Shown in pieces: positions 20,857-30,795 of a stretch of 64,000 nucleotides of DNA. The DNA is taken from NCBI GenBank assembly GCA_002773725.1, contig PFAH01000007.1, positions 19,485 to 83,484 of the forward strand, written 5' to 3'. The notes beneath the pieces were generated by a model. The model was given only the letters and a program-made list of their open reading frames with translations, made no database searches and had not been told where the DNA came from. The position numbers and the translations under genes were made by a program. How positions within the stretch are numbered: position 1 is the stretch's first letter; each line of letters starts with the position of its first letter. The stretch comes from Candidatus Colwellbacteria bacterium CG10_big_fil_rev_8_21_14_0_10_42_22. Lineage in GTDB: Bacteria > Patescibacteriota > Minisyncoccia > UBA6257 > Colwellbacteraceae.

Positions 20857-21003
20857 TTACATTTCTTCGTCTTCGTCCAAGTCGTCTTCGTCTTCGTCTT
20901 CGTCTTCTTCCACGTCCCCCTCGGCTACATCATCATCGTCCTCGTCGACGTCGGGGCCAAAGCCGTCGTCGTCCTGAAGAAGAACTTTTTCTTCGAAATC
21001 CAT
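20857..21003 (-). CDS. Putative 48-aa extremely acidic protein
   Basis: Minus-strand translation gives MDFEEKVLLQDDDGFGPDVDEDDDDVAEGDVEEDEDEDEDDLDEDEEM*. It is followed by a terminator. Under 60 aa, so absent from the ORF track. Confidence 0.3.
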   Translation of the reverse strand: MDFEEKVLLQDDDGFGPDVDEDDDDVAEGDVEEDEDEDEDDLDEDEEM

Positions 21004-21098
21004 ATGTGTTTCTTATATCTTGGAACGACCTTTGGTCCTTAAGAGCTCCTATAAGAAGTTCTTAAGCTAGCGAAAGTATATTCAAAGAAAGTGCGCTG

Positions 21099-21575
21099 TC
21101 AAGACGTTCCAAAACTCTTCTGAAAAAGACCCGCAAGCGCTATTGCCACCGCATCTGACACGTCGTCCGGGCCCGATATAGAATCCACCCCCAACGTCAC
21201 GCAGGCAACCTTTTGAACTTGGTCTTTTGTAGCCCCACCATCTCCAACCACAATTGATTTAATCTCATTCGGCGTCAGCTCCATCGCCTCTATGCCCATA
21301 CGCCCAACGGTCAGCATAATAACTCCGCGCGCCTCCGAGACGGAAAGGGCGGTCTTCTTGTTTTTTGTAAAAAACAGCTTTTCAACACAGACCAAATCGG
21401 GACGAGTCCTTTTAATAACCGCCCCTAACTCTTTTTCTAAGTGGATAAGTCGCTCTCCAGACGACATGCCCTGCCCACTGATTAATCCATAATCTAAAAG
21501 ATTAAGAGATTTATTTTTTTCAACCAGGCCGTAGCCAATACGGGTTGTCCCTGGATCTATACCCAAAACCTTCAT
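21099..21575 (-). CDS. ruvC: Holliday junction resolvase RuvC
   Basis: MKVLGIDPGTTRIGYGLVE... is the RuvC catalytic N-terminus. Confidence 0.85.
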   Translation of the reverse strand: MKVLGIDPGTTRIGYGLVEKNKSLNLLDYGLISGQGMSSGERLIHLEKELGAVIKRTRPDLVCVEKLFFTKNKKTALSVSEARGVIMLTVGRMGIEAMELTPNEIKSIVVGDGGATKDQVQKVACVTLGVDSISGPDDVSDAVAIALAGLFQKSFGTS

Positions 21576-22099
21576 TCCGGGAGAGAAGAATATGCGCCGA
21601 CTACATCTTCTCTTTCTTCAACCTCTTCAAGAAATGCCCCAACAATGGCTCGCGCTTCACTCGAAACGCGGTTTTTAAACTTAACGATGTAGCCCTCGGC
21701 GCTTTTTTCAAAAGCCCACATCAAACTACCCGGCTCCGCCATTTTTAAACCATGCTTTTTCAAGACAGCCCTAATTTCTGCAATGCTACGATTACGACTG
21801 TCGGTCATCACCTCTATCAAAACACCAACTCCCTCTGGTCCATAAACCTCTATAACCAAGTTCTCTAAAGGGCCAATCTCGCTAGCCCTCTTAATGGCTC
21901 GTTCAATGTTGGCATGGGGCATATTTTGATGTTTTGCCTGATCGATAGCGTTTCTAAGAGAAGGATTAAACTTGGGGTCAATTCCCTCTTTGGCTGCAAT
22001 TGATATGTTTTGAGCCAGTTTGGAAAAAAGTTTGCTTTTGCCCTGATCGACCTTAGCCTTTTTATGTTTTATTTGCGTCCATTTATTGTGACCTGACAT
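21572..22099 (-). CDS. YebC/PmpR-family transcriptional regulator
   Basis: MSGHNKWTQIKHKKAKVDQGK... is the YebC signature. The ORF-track extension to 22213 is unlikely. Confidence 0.85.
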   Translation of the reverse strand: MSGHNKWTQIKHKKAKVDQGKSKLFSKLAQNISIAAKEGIDPKFNPSLRNAIDQAKHQNMPHANIERAIKRASEIGPLENLVIEVYGPEGVGVLIEVMTDSRNRSIAEIRAVLKKHGLKMAEPGSLMWAFEKSAEGYIVKFKNRVSSEARAIVGAFLEEVEEREDVVGAYSSLPE

Positions 22100-22169
22100 A
22101 AAATTAAGAGTATTACTGCTGCACGTCTTTTGCAATTTACCCCTCCCAAAATTATTATAGAGATAGAAA

Positions 22170-23849
22170 ATGAAATTTAGCCAAGATTCTATAGGGGGTA
22201 AGCTTAAAAGCATTCAAAGAGACGCCGAAGAGCGGGACGCAAAAAGACGAGCAAAAGAGGAGGGATATCCCTACATAGATCTTCGCGCCCAAGCCATAGA
22301 CAAAACCGCCCTAGAGCTTGTCTCCGAAGGCATGGCCAAGAGTGCAAAAGCCGTAACGTTCGATAGGACCAAGAAGAGAATGGCCGTCGCCACTTTTACC
22401 TCCAAGAGTAACGAATTTGGCAAGCTGTCTTTAATATTAGAAGAAACGAAGTTGAAGCCCGTCATTTATATAGCGTCTCTTAGTAGCATCGAAGAAGCGT
22501 GGGGAAATTATGCCTCTGTCAGGGCAGAAGAAAGAGTGGAGATTGTTTCCGAAATTCGACTAGAAGAGGGCGTTTTAGAATCAAAAACGAATATTAAATC
22601 AACCGCCCAAGCGGTTGAAGACATGGCCCAAATCGATTCGGACACACAGACAACGGACGCCTTAGTTAAGGTTCTAGCCGACGCAGTTGTTTTGGGCGCA
22701 TCAGATATTCACCTAGAGGCCGAAAACAAAGAGGCCGTTTTGAGATACAGAATAGACGGAACTCTATATGAAATTGGCAGAATACCCAAAGATATACAGA
22801 GCCGACTAATTGGCAGAATAAAACTTCTGGCAAATCTTAGGTTAAATATTAAAGACGAGGCTCAGGATGGCAGATTTACTATCAGGAGAAAGGGTGGAGA
22901 TATCGAAGCAAGGGTTTCTATCATACCAGCCGAATACGGCGAATCCGCTGTCTTGAGGGTTCTCGATCCAGAAAATATAAGATTGGGCCTCAAAGACCTT
23001 GGATTAAGAGAGAGCGACGAAAAAAACTTAATGATATCTATTAAGAAGCCCAACGGCATGATTTTGGTAACAGGCCCTACTGGCTCTGGGAAAACCACTA
23101 CCCTTTACACCCTTTTAAAAATTAAGAGCTCCCCCCAATCGAAAACCATTACTATCGAAGATCCGGTCGAATACCATCTAGAAGGAATAGAACAGACCCA
23201 GGCCAATCCCAAAGAGGGATATACCTTTGCGGCGGGCCTGCGTTCTATATTGCGTCAAGATCCAGACAACATCTTAGTGGGGGAAATACGCGACAAAGAA
23301 ACAGCTAATACAGCCATAGATGCGGCTCTAACAGGGCACTTGGTTTTCTCGACCCTTCATACAAACAACGCTGCCGGAGCAATCCCCCGCTTAGTGGACT
23401 TAGGGGTTAAGACAGACAGCATAGCTCCCGCCACTAATTTAATTATTGCCCAAAGATTGGTCAGAAAACTTTGTGAAAAATGTAAAAAACCTGCCCCTAT
23501 GGATGAAGAGACAATCCTCAAGTTGCAAAAACTTTTAGAAGGATTGCCCGAAGGGAGCGTGGATAAAAAAATAAAGCCCAGATTATATTTAAAGAATAAT
23601 TGTGAGGCCTGCGAGGATGGATATAGGGGTAGAACAGGAATTTTTGAGCTTCTTTTATTAGACGAGACCTTCGAAGAAATCATCAGTCAAAAATCCGGCG
23701 AGGCGAAGATTCAAAATTACGCTCGCCAAAAAGGCATGGTGTATATACAAGAGGACGGCATTATCAAAGCCATGCAGGGCATCACCACCCTAGAAGAAGT
23801 AGAGAAAGCAACCGGCCCTATTAAATGGCCTCCACTCTCTGTAGAATAA
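22170..23849 (+). CDS. pilB: Type IV pilus / type II secretion assembly ATPase PilB/GspE
   Basis: GSPII_E N-domain, Walker A LVTGPTGSGKTTTLY and a C-terminal tetracysteine motif. Confidence 0.8.
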   Translation: MKFSQDSIGGKLKSIQRDAEERDAKRRAKEEGYPYIDLRAQAIDKTALELVSEGMAKSAKAVTFDRTKKRMAVATFTSKSNEFGKLSLILEETKLKPVIYIASLSSIEEAWGNYASVRAEERVEIVSEIRLEEGVLESKTNIKSTAQAVEDMAQIDSDTQTTDALVKVLADAVVLGASDIHLEAENKEAVLRYRIDGTLYEIGRIPKDIQSRLIGRIKLLANLRLNIKDEAQDGRFTIRRKGGDIEARVSIIPAEYGESAVLRVLDPENIRLGLKDLGLRESDEKNLMISIKKPNGMILVTGPTGSGKTTTLYTLLKIKSSPQSKTITIEDPVEYHLEGIEQTQANPKEGYTFAAGLRSILRQDPDNILVGEIRDKETANTAIDAALTGHLVFSTLHTNNAAGAIPRLVDLGVKTDSIAPATNLIIAQRLVRKLCEKCKKPAPMDEETILKLQKLLEGLPEGSVDKKIKPRLYLKNNCEACEDGYRGRTGIFELLLLDETFEEIISQKSGEAKIQNYARQKGMVYIQEDGIIKAMQGITTLEEVEKATGPIKWPPLSVE

Positions 23850-24015
23850 AAAGGAGGACTAAAGGTCTGCGGGCAAAATGGGCTCCCAAAAAGGGAATTA
23901 TAGGGTCTGTTCAGGGGATCGCTCCCGCCTAAGCCGAAACGTCCATATTCCAAAATAGACTCGGTGCCCGCAGGCCTCTAGTCCCACGCCACGAAACTAA
24001 CATATTTTCATAGGT

Positions 24016-25032
24016 TTGTCAACAGAAGAGTTAAAAAAGAATATCGAAGAGCCAAACAACGACGATCAGGCAATCGACGTTGTTCTGCGCCCTCAAAAAT
24101 GGGATGAGTACGTTGGTCAAGAGCAGGTTAAGAAAAACGCTAGAGTCATTATTGATGCAGCTAGGATTCGCAAAGAACCGGTTGACCACATTCTTCTTTA
24201 TGGCCAGGCGGGTCTTGGGAAGACCACTCTTGCAAGATTAATTGCTAGAGAAATGGGGGCGACCGTTAAAACCACGTCTGGACCAGCCATTGAGAAAGTG
24301 GGAGACCTAGCAGCCATTTTAAGCAATCTAGAAGAGGGGGAGGTTCTTTTTATAGACGAAGCTCATCGATTAAATAAGTTGATAGAGGAAATTCTTTATC
24401 CGGCCATGGAGAGCAGAAAGTTAAATATAGTTATAGGTAAGGGAACTGGCGCCAGGACTATTTCTTTAGATCTCCCCCCTTTTAGCTTGTTGGCGGCGAC
24501 TACTAGGGTCAATCTTTTATCCGCTCCCCTACGTTCACGCTTTGGAGCAACTTTTAGATTGGAATATTACACTCAAGAAGATATAGAAAAAATTGTCAAA
24601 AGATCTGCCAAGATACTTGGCATTGATATAGACGCCGATGCCGCATCTGTTTTAGCTAAGGCATCACGCAACACCCCCAGGGTCGCCAACCGCCTCTTAA
24701 GAAGAACAAGGGACTACATAGCCGTAAAAAAACACAAGCGAGTTACGGAGGGGGTCGCCAAAGAGACGCTAGCGTTTTTAGACGTGGATGAGCTTGGCCT
24801 AGAGACACACGATCGAAACTTCTTGAAAACAATTATAGAAAAGTTTGGAGGCGGTCCAGTAGGAGTTAAGACAATAGCGGCGGCCATTGGAGAGGAGGCG
24901 GCTACTATCGAAGAGGTTTATGAGCCGTATCTTATGAAATTAGGATTTATTAAGAGGACGCCAGCCGGCAGAGTGGTTGAGCTCGCTGCTTTTGAGCATC
25001 TCGGGCTCAAACCACCAAGAAAGTTGATTTAA
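24016..25032 (+). CDS. ruvB: Holliday junction branch-migration ATPase RuvB
   Basis: LLYGQAGLGKTTLARLIA is the RuvB AAA+ domain. Confidence 0.9.
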   Translation: MSTEELKKNIEEPNNDDQAIDVVLRPQKWDEYVGQEQVKKNARVIIDAARIRKEPVDHILLYGQAGLGKTTLARLIAREMGATVKTTSGPAIEKVGDLAAILSNLEEGEVLFIDEAHRLNKLIEEILYPAMESRKLNIVIGKGTGARTISLDLPPFSLLAATTRVNLLSAPLRSRFGATFRLEYYTQEDIEKIVKRSAKILGIDIDADAASVLAKASRNTPRVANRLLRRTRDYIAVKKHKRVTEGVAKETLAFLDVDELGLETHDRNFLKTIIEKFGGGPVGVKTIAAAIGEEAATIEEVYEPYLMKLGFIKRTPAGRVVELAAFEHLGLKPPRKLI

Positions 25033-25535
25033 TGGTTTACATAGAAAGCGTTCTACCAAACCCGATTGGCAAAGATAGTGGTCAAGAATGGATTAGGTTG
25101 TTAAACGAAGGCGGGTCTTTAGAGAATCTTCTCGGCTGGAGAATAGAAGATGGATCAAAAAAGGTGTTTGATTTATCTGCGGTCGGAGAAATTGAACCCG
25201 GAGAAATAGTCGAGCTTGGACACGCCTTTACGGAGATAAGCCTCAACAACGACGGAGACACGCTTTTTCTATATGACAAACAAGGGTCGTTAATAGATAC
25301 GTTAGAATACGGACCCGTAGAAGAGGGAGAAATTCTTTTAAACAAGACATTAACAGAGACACGAGAGCCCCAGAACACAAATGCCCTTGCTAACATTGCA
25401 GAGACAGGAGTTTTGAACAAAAACATTTTAAACAAAGACGTATTGGGACCAATCGAATTAGGGCTACTAGTGGCAGCAATGGCCTCTACCCTTTTTGTTT
25501 ATTTATCTATAAATATTTTTAGGAAAAATGAATAA
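25032..25535 (+). CDS. Lamin-tail-domain protein with C-terminal TM anchor
   Basis: ESVLPNPIGKDSGQEWIRLLN...LLGWRIED... is an LTD-like motif pattern. Confidence 0.45.
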   Translation: MVYIESVLPNPIGKDSGQEWIRLLNEGGSLENLLGWRIEDGSKKVFDLSAVGEIEPGEIVELGHAFTEISLNNDGDTLFLYDKQGSLIDTLEYGPVEEGEILLNKTLTETREPQNTNALANIAETGVLNKNILNKDVLGPIELGLLVAAMASTLFVYLSINIFRKNE

Positions 25536-25977
25536 AGATTATCTTACAAAGAACACAAAAGAAACGACTCAACTGGCCAAAGAATTAGCGGAAGAAATTC
25601 TAAAAAGAAAAAGCAAAAGTAGTGTTGTATTGGCGCTTGTTGGAGATTTAGGTTCGGGGAAAACCACTTTTACACAAAGCTTCATAAAAGCACTAGGAAT
25701 CAAAAAACGCATTTTGAGTCCAACCTTTGTTATACAAAAAAGGTTTAAGCTTCCACCCAGCACTAGTTTTGCAAACGTTTACCATATTGACGCCTATCGT
25801 ATTAAGCCAGTCGATTTGATAGGCCTCGGCTGGATAGGCGCCATATCGAACAATAATATATTAGTGGTCGAATGGGCAGATAAAATAAAACAAGTTTTAC
25901 CAAAGGACGCTATTTGGATAAGGTTTAAGCATGGAAAAGGAGAAACAGAAAGAAGAATTACTCTTAATAGACGCTAA
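25528..25977 (+). CDS. tsaE: tRNA t6A37 biosynthesis protein TsaE
   Basis: P-loop LVGDLGSGKTTFTQ and YjeE-like size. Confidence 0.75.
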   Translation: MNKDYLTKNTKETTQLAKELAEEILKRKSKSSVVLALVGDLGSGKTTFTQSFIKALGIKKRILSPTFVIQKRFKLPPSTSFANVYHIDAYRIKPVDLIGLGWIGAISNNNILVVEWADKIKQVLPKDAIWIRFKHGKGETERRITLNRR

Positions 25978-26860
25978 CTCTATTATTTACAGGGCCTATC
26001 ACGCCCTTCCCCCGCTTACCGGTCCGAGCGGAAGACCAACGGGCGCCCTTTATGGTTTGGCTAGTATTTTAATAAAGCTTCTTAAGGACGGGGCCCCACT
26101 ATATGCCGCCGCTGCTTTTGATAGGCCCGAACCGACTTTTCGTAAAGAAAAATATGACGACTATAAAGCCACCCGTCCCCCAACCCCAGACGACTTAATT
26201 CCTCAATTACACGAAGCCAAAAACATGCTTCAAAAATTTGGCATCCAAACACTGGAAGCGCCTGGTTTTGAGGCGGACGACATTTTAGCGACCCTGGCAG
26301 ATAAATTCCATTCCGAAGTAGATAAAACGATTATTTTATCGGGAGACCTAGACACCCTCCAGCTTGTTAGGGGAGACAGGGTGGTGGCCGAAGTGCCCAA
26401 AAGGGGCATTAGTGAAACTAAGATATATAATACCCAAGAAGTTTTCGAAAAATACGGCATTAAACCCGAACAAATGGCCGACTACAAAGGCCTAGTTGGA
26501 GATAAATCAGACAACATTCCAGGCGTCCCAGGAATTGGTCCTAAAACAGCATCTAATCTGCTTCAAAAATACAAAGACATAGAGACCATATACAAAAAAC
26601 TAGAAGACATTCACGCCGATTCATCTACTCTTGTTGATAAACTAGAACAAAATAAAGAACAGGCCTTTCTTTCTAAAGAACTCGCCGTTATTTCTAAAGA
26701 GGCGCCAACTCCTAATAAAATAGACGAATTAAAAACAAACACTTTTTTAGAAGACAGAAAGCTTCATGAATATCTGGAGGGCTTAGGATTTAAAACGATT
26801 CTAAAAAGAATTATCCCAGACAAGGAAAGAGAGAGCAGTAAAATAGGAAAACTCTTCTAA
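25931..26860 (+). CDS. Stand-alone 5'-3' exonuclease (Pol I N-terminal domain / FEN-like)
   Basis: LLIDANSIIYRAYHA... plus HhH motif GIGPKTA. Confidence 0.8.
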   Translation: MEKEKQKEELLLIDANSIIYRAYHALPPLTGPSGRPTGALYGLASILIKLLKDGAPLYAAAAFDRPEPTFRKEKYDDYKATRPPTPDDLIPQLHEAKNMLQKFGIQTLEAPGFEADDILATLADKFHSEVDKTIILSGDLDTLQLVRGDRVVAEVPKRGISETKIYNTQEVFEKYGIKPEQMADYKGLVGDKSDNIPGVPGIGPKTASNLLQKYKDIETIYKKLEDIHADSSTLVDKLEQNKEQAFLSKELAVISKEAPTPNKIDELKTNTFLEDRKLHEYLEGLGFKTILKRIIPDKERESSKIGKLF

Positions 26861-26883
26861 ACTCCATATAATTAGGTTATAGA

Positions 26884-28215
26884 ATGCTCCCTCCAAAAGA
26901 TCTTAAAAGTATTATTTATAAAGCTAAACTTCCAGAGATGGTGGTTGCCTGGATGTTTTGGTGCGTTGCTTTGTCGGTGGCATTGATTGCTCTCTTTACC
27001 GACGGAGTTGTGGAGACGTCTGGCATATCTCTTATAATGTTTGTCTTTGGGCTCTTCTTTTCTTACAAGTCATATAAGCTGGCAACTAAAAATTTAGACA
27101 AAAATATATCCTACGGTCGACTAGAGAGCATCGTTACCAATCTAGAAGACGCCGTTATTGCATACGACAACAACTTTAAAATACTTCTTTTTAATAGTTC
27201 AGCCGAGAGAATATTTAAACTAACCAAACCACAGGTTGTGGGGCAGATTATCGGCCCAGAGAGGGCTAGTGAGCCCACCCTTCGGCTTTTAACACAAACT
27301 CTATTTCCTTCTTTGGCGCCAGCGGTTGTAACTCAATCGGAGCCGGATCAATTTCCACAAATTGTAGATATAACTTTTACCAATCCTCAAAAAGAAATAC
27401 GCGTTTCAACGGATAGGATTATAGATAAAGACGGGGTTCTTTTGGGGTTTGTTAAAGTCGTCAAGGATAGAACTAGGGAGATTCAGCTTATAAAATCTAA
27501 GTCGGATTTTATATCGGTGGCCGCTCATCAACTTAGAACGCCACTCACCGCCATAAATTGGACACTCGAAGGACTTTCCAGAAACGAGAAATTAAACGAA
27601 GCCGATAGAACACTAGCCCAAAATGGCTTTACGGCCGCCACCAACCTATTAAAGACAGTTAACGACCTTTTAAACACTACTGAGATTGAAGAAGGCAGAT
27701 TTGGCTATGAGCACAAAACAATGGACTTTATAAAATTCATAGAGGAGATCTTAGCTAACGCGCAAGTAGTTGCTAAAAAATATGGACTTAAACTTTACTT
27801 CGACAAAGGAGGATACGAAAAGCTCGAGGTTAATATTGATGCGAGCAAGCTAGGCATAGCCCTATCCAATCTCTTAGATAACGGCATGAAATACAATTCG
27901 AAAGAAGGGTCGGTCACCGTAGCCCTGAGGCCGGTTAAAGACAAGCCATATGTTCAAGTTAGCGTTAAAGATACGGGCGTAGGCATTTCGCCTTCCGAGA
28001 TAGAAAACATTTTTGGAAAATTCTTTAGAGCTAGCAATGCAAGAAAGATTAAGGCCGATGGTTCTGGATTAGGACTCTACATCACCAAAAACATTATTGA
28101 ACAACACGGAGGGAGTATTTGGGTGGAGTCCACCCTTGGTAGAGGCACTACCTTTTATTTCACTCTCCCTACGGACCCCAACTTGATACCCAAAGCCGAA
28201 ATGCGCTTCATTTAG
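26884..28215 (+). CDS. Sensor histidine kinase with no adjacent response regulator
   Basis: Two TM helices, PAS-like region, H-box AAHQLRTPLT and an HATPase domain. Confidence 0.75.
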   Translation: MLPPKDLKSIIYKAKLPEMVVAWMFWCVALSVALIALFTDGVVETSGISLIMFVFGLFFSYKSYKLATKNLDKNISYGRLESIVTNLEDAVIAYDNNFKILLFNSSAERIFKLTKPQVVGQIIGPERASEPTLRLLTQTLFPSLAPAVVTQSEPDQFPQIVDITFTNPQKEIRVSTDRIIDKDGVLLGFVKVVKDRTREIQLIKSKSDFISVAAHQLRTPLTAINWTLEGLSRNEKLNEADRTLAQNGFTAATNLLKTVNDLLNTTEIEEGRFGYEHKTMDFIKFIEEILANAQVVAKKYGLKLYFDKGGYEKLEVNIDASKLGIALSNLLDNGMKYNSKEGSVTVALRPVKDKPYVQVSVKDTGVGISPSEIENIFGKFFRASNARKIKADGSGLGLYITKNIIEQHGGSIWVESTLGRGTTFYFTLPTDPNLIPKAEMRFI

Positions 28216-28220
28216 AAGCC

Positions 28221-29105
28221 ATGCCCGAGTTGCCCGAAGTTCAAACTATAGTCAACGATCTTAATCGCAAGATTATTGACGAAACCGTTGTTGATTTTTG
28301 GACGGACTGGCCAAAGCTTTTAAAGAACACCAACCTTACTCGTTTTAAAAAAGAAATAAGGGGTTTAAAAATAGAAAAAATTGTTAGGCGGGGTAAAAAC
28401 ATCCTTTTTTATTTCTCGGGAAACACAATTTTATCTTTACACCAAAAGATGACGGGGCATTTAATGGTTGGAAAATGGAAGGTGACCAAAAAGAGAACAG
28501 GGTGGAGCGTAAAGAATCTAATCCCCGGCCATCAAGACGACAGGGTCAACCAATATATCCACGCTATTTTTTATTTAAAAAGTGGAAAGATGATAGCCCT
28601 TTCTGATATGCGTAAATTTGCCAGAATAGATTTTGGCAAAGAAAAAGACGTTTTATCTCTTTCGGGAATTAGGGCGTTGGGCACAGATGCCCTAGATCCT
28701 GAACTTACACTCGATAATTTTAAAGCCGTCATTAAGCGTAGGAAAAAAAGTATTAAACAAGTTCTTATGGACCCCTCTGTGATAGCGGGTATCGGCAATA
28801 TATATGCAGACAATATTTTATGGAGCTCAAAAGTGCACCCTGCTCGCTCTGCGAAGACCTTAAAAGACAGCGAGCTTAAAAAAATTCTTGCGAATACCAA
28901 AAAGATATTGAAAAAAGCAGTTAGGTTGCGCGGAACATCCGTTGGCGACTATAGAGATACAGCTGGCAAGTCCGGCAGGTACGGCGGAGAAGTTTTAGTA
29001 TACAGAAGAACCGGCGAACCCTGTCGTAGGTGCGGTATTCCCATTAAGAAAATCGTTTTAGGACAAAGAAGCGCTCATTTTTGTCCCAAGTGCCAAAAGA
29101 GATAG
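28221..29105 (+). CDS. mutM: Formamidopyrimidine-DNA glycosylase
   Basis: MPELPEVQTIV N-terminus and a C-terminal CxxC...CxxC zinc finger. Confidence 0.85.
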   Translation: MPELPEVQTIVNDLNRKIIDETVVDFWTDWPKLLKNTNLTRFKKEIRGLKIEKIVRRGKNILFYFSGNTILSLHQKMTGHLMVGKWKVTKKRTGWSVKNLIPGHQDDRVNQYIHAIFYLKSGKMIALSDMRKFARIDFGKEKDVLSLSGIRALGTDALDPELTLDNFKAVIKRRKKSIKQVLMDPSVIAGIGNIYADNILWSSKVHPARSAKTLKDSELKKILANTKKILKKAVRLRGTSVGDYRDTAGKSGRYGGEVLVYRRTGEPCRRCGIPIKKIVLGQRSAHFCPKCQKR

Positions 29106-29160
29106 GGCTGGGGACATCCTCTGAATAGAACAAGACATTCCAAACGTCTATAATTCAAGC

Positions 29161-29961
29161 ATGATAATTACCCTTTATGGGCCCGACTCTTATAGGCGAA
29201 TTAAAAAGCTCAACGAACTAGTTAACTTGTTTATTGAAAAAAGGGGCGCCATTTCTCACGAACGTTTTGATTTGGAAACGAACGAAGACCTCGGACCACC
29301 GGAGAGATTTTTAGGCACTCCCTCTATGTTTAGTTCCAAGAAGCTGGTGGTTCTAGATAATCCATTTGAGAACGTGGACACAAGAGGGCTTAAAAAAATC
29401 TTGAAGAAATACACAGAAGACAAAGACACCAACATTATTATCAATACCCGAAAAAAGTTTACAGCCACTTTTAAATTTTTGATCCAAAGCCCTAATAAAT
29501 TTGAGGAATATCAAGAGCTCGAAGGACTGGCGCTCGATAGGTTTATAGATAAAGAAGCGACTAACTTGGGGCTTAAAATAAACATTAATGATAAAAATCT
29601 TATTAAAGAATCTTTTGGTTCGAATTCTTGGCGCATATCAACAGAGCTAGAATGCCTGGCCCTTACTTCCAAGAAGGTTGTGGGCATAAAAGAAGAGAAG
29701 ATTAGCTATTTTAACGCTATAAACACAATTAAGGGGTGGAGTGGTCCGCCTCAGAAGGTGGTTGCTCTCGAGAACTTGATGAGCATTAACAGATTGGAAG
29801 CAGAGAGGATATTTAATGGACTCGCATTTCAATTGAGAAGCCAGGCAGAAGCAAATATGTACGCCGACTATAACGCAGCTGCCCGAGCGGGACGATTGGA
29901 CTACGACGAAGCACTCGTAGCTGTAGCTTTAGGGCTACAGTTTAATCCTCTGGAGTGGTAA
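29161..29961 (+). CDS. DNA polymerase III delta subunit-like protein (HolA), tentative
   Basis: N-terminus MIITLYGPDSYRRIKK resembles HolA. Adjacent and divergent to rpsT, as in many Firmicutes. Confidence 0.4.
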   Translation: MIITLYGPDSYRRIKKLNELVNLFIEKRGAISHERFDLETNEDLGPPERFLGTPSMFSSKKLVVLDNPFENVDTRGLKKILKKYTEDKDTNIIINTRKKFTATFKFLIQSPNKFEEYQELEGLALDRFIDKEATNLGLKININDKNLIKESFGSNSWRISTELECLALTSKKVVGIKEEKISYFNAINTIKGWSGPPQKVVALENLMSINRLEAERIFNGLAFQLRSQAEANMYADYNAAARAGRLDYDEALVAVALGLQFNPLEW

Positions 29962-30265
29962 GGGTTATCTCTGGGGTGATTTCTATCGGAGCTTGTGGAG
30001 CTTGATTGGAATTAGTTAACTTTTTAGTTAAGCGCGACTTCAGTCGGCTCGCCTTGTTCTTCTTAATGAGATTTGTCTTAGCTGCCTTGTCTAGAATTTT
30101 ATATACAGTCGGTAATTTTTTGAGAGCTCCCTCTTTATCTCCTTCCTCTATAGATTTTCTGTAATCCTTAAGCGTTTTTAAAAGCCCCCTTTTCTTTTGG
30201 AGATTAATGACTCTTTTTCTCTCGCTCTGTCTTAACGCCTTTTTGGCTGATTTTGTGTTTGGCAT
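29942..30265 (-). CDS. rpsT: 30S ribosomal protein S20
   Basis: MPNTKSAKKALRQSERKR... is the S20 signature. Confidence 0.85.
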   Translation of the reverse strand: MPNTKSAKKALRQSERKRVINLQKKRGLLKTLKDYRKSIEEGDKEGALKKLPTVYKILDKAAKTNLIKKNKASRLKSRLTKKLTNSNQAPQAPIEITPEITLTTPED

Positions 30266-30311
30266 CGGTAGATAAGTATGGAGTTAGTTTGTCCAGGAGT
30301 CAACCTTTTGA

Positions 30312-30671
30312 CTATATATTCTTATAATGTCGAACCCTCGCCTCTTTACCCTCTGTCGTAATCGTTATTAGATCTATTCTCCAACTCCTATTTGATAAAT
30401 CTTTCTCGTTGTTTGCATATATTTCAGCCATCCGTCGCAATTTCTTAAGTTTTGAGGTCGTCATTTGGTCTTCGCCCGCGATTCTTGGCTCTGGTCCCGA
30501 AACCGTTTTCACTTCTACGAAAACAAGCGTTTTGTCGGGCGCTAAAGCAACGACGTCTAATTCTCCATATCTCTTTCTATAATTCCGTTCAATTATCCTA
30601 TGCCCCTCTTTTTCAAGATAATGGACAGCAATGTTCTCGCCTAATCTTCCCAACCCTATATGTTTAGACAT
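30312..30671 (-). CDS. YraN/UPF0102-family endonuclease
   Basis: GRLGENIAVHYLEKEGHRIIERNYR...ELDVVA is the YraN motif. Confidence 0.8.
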   Translation of the reverse strand: MSKHIGLGRLGENIAVHYLEKEGHRIIERNYRKRYGELDVVALAPDKTLVFVEVKTVSGPEPRIAGEDQMTTSKLKKLRRMAEIYANNEKDLSNRSWRIDLITITTEGKEARVRHYKNI

Positions 30672-30726
30672 AGTTTAGACATAGAAGATAATAAAGGGGT
30701 GTCACCTCTTCAATAATTATATCTTA

Positions 30727-30763
30727 TTTATAGTGGTGTTATACTGTATAACACCACTATAAA
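30727..30763. repeat. Perfect 17-bp-arm inverted repeat (tttatagtggtgttata-ctg-tataacaccactataaa)
   Basis: Read directly from the sequence. It lies between the divergent yraN and LAGLIDADG-like genes. Confidence 0.8.
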
Positions 30764-30795
30764 TGGGAGAGGATGTTTATCGTTTTACATAACAT

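Noticed and set aside
20851-21042. Plus-strand 63-aa ORF MLLHFFVFVQVVFVF...
   Set aside because: Antisense reading of the GAC/GAA-rich acidic mini-ORF. Phe/Val-rich nonsense with no signals. The minus-strand reading has a terminator.
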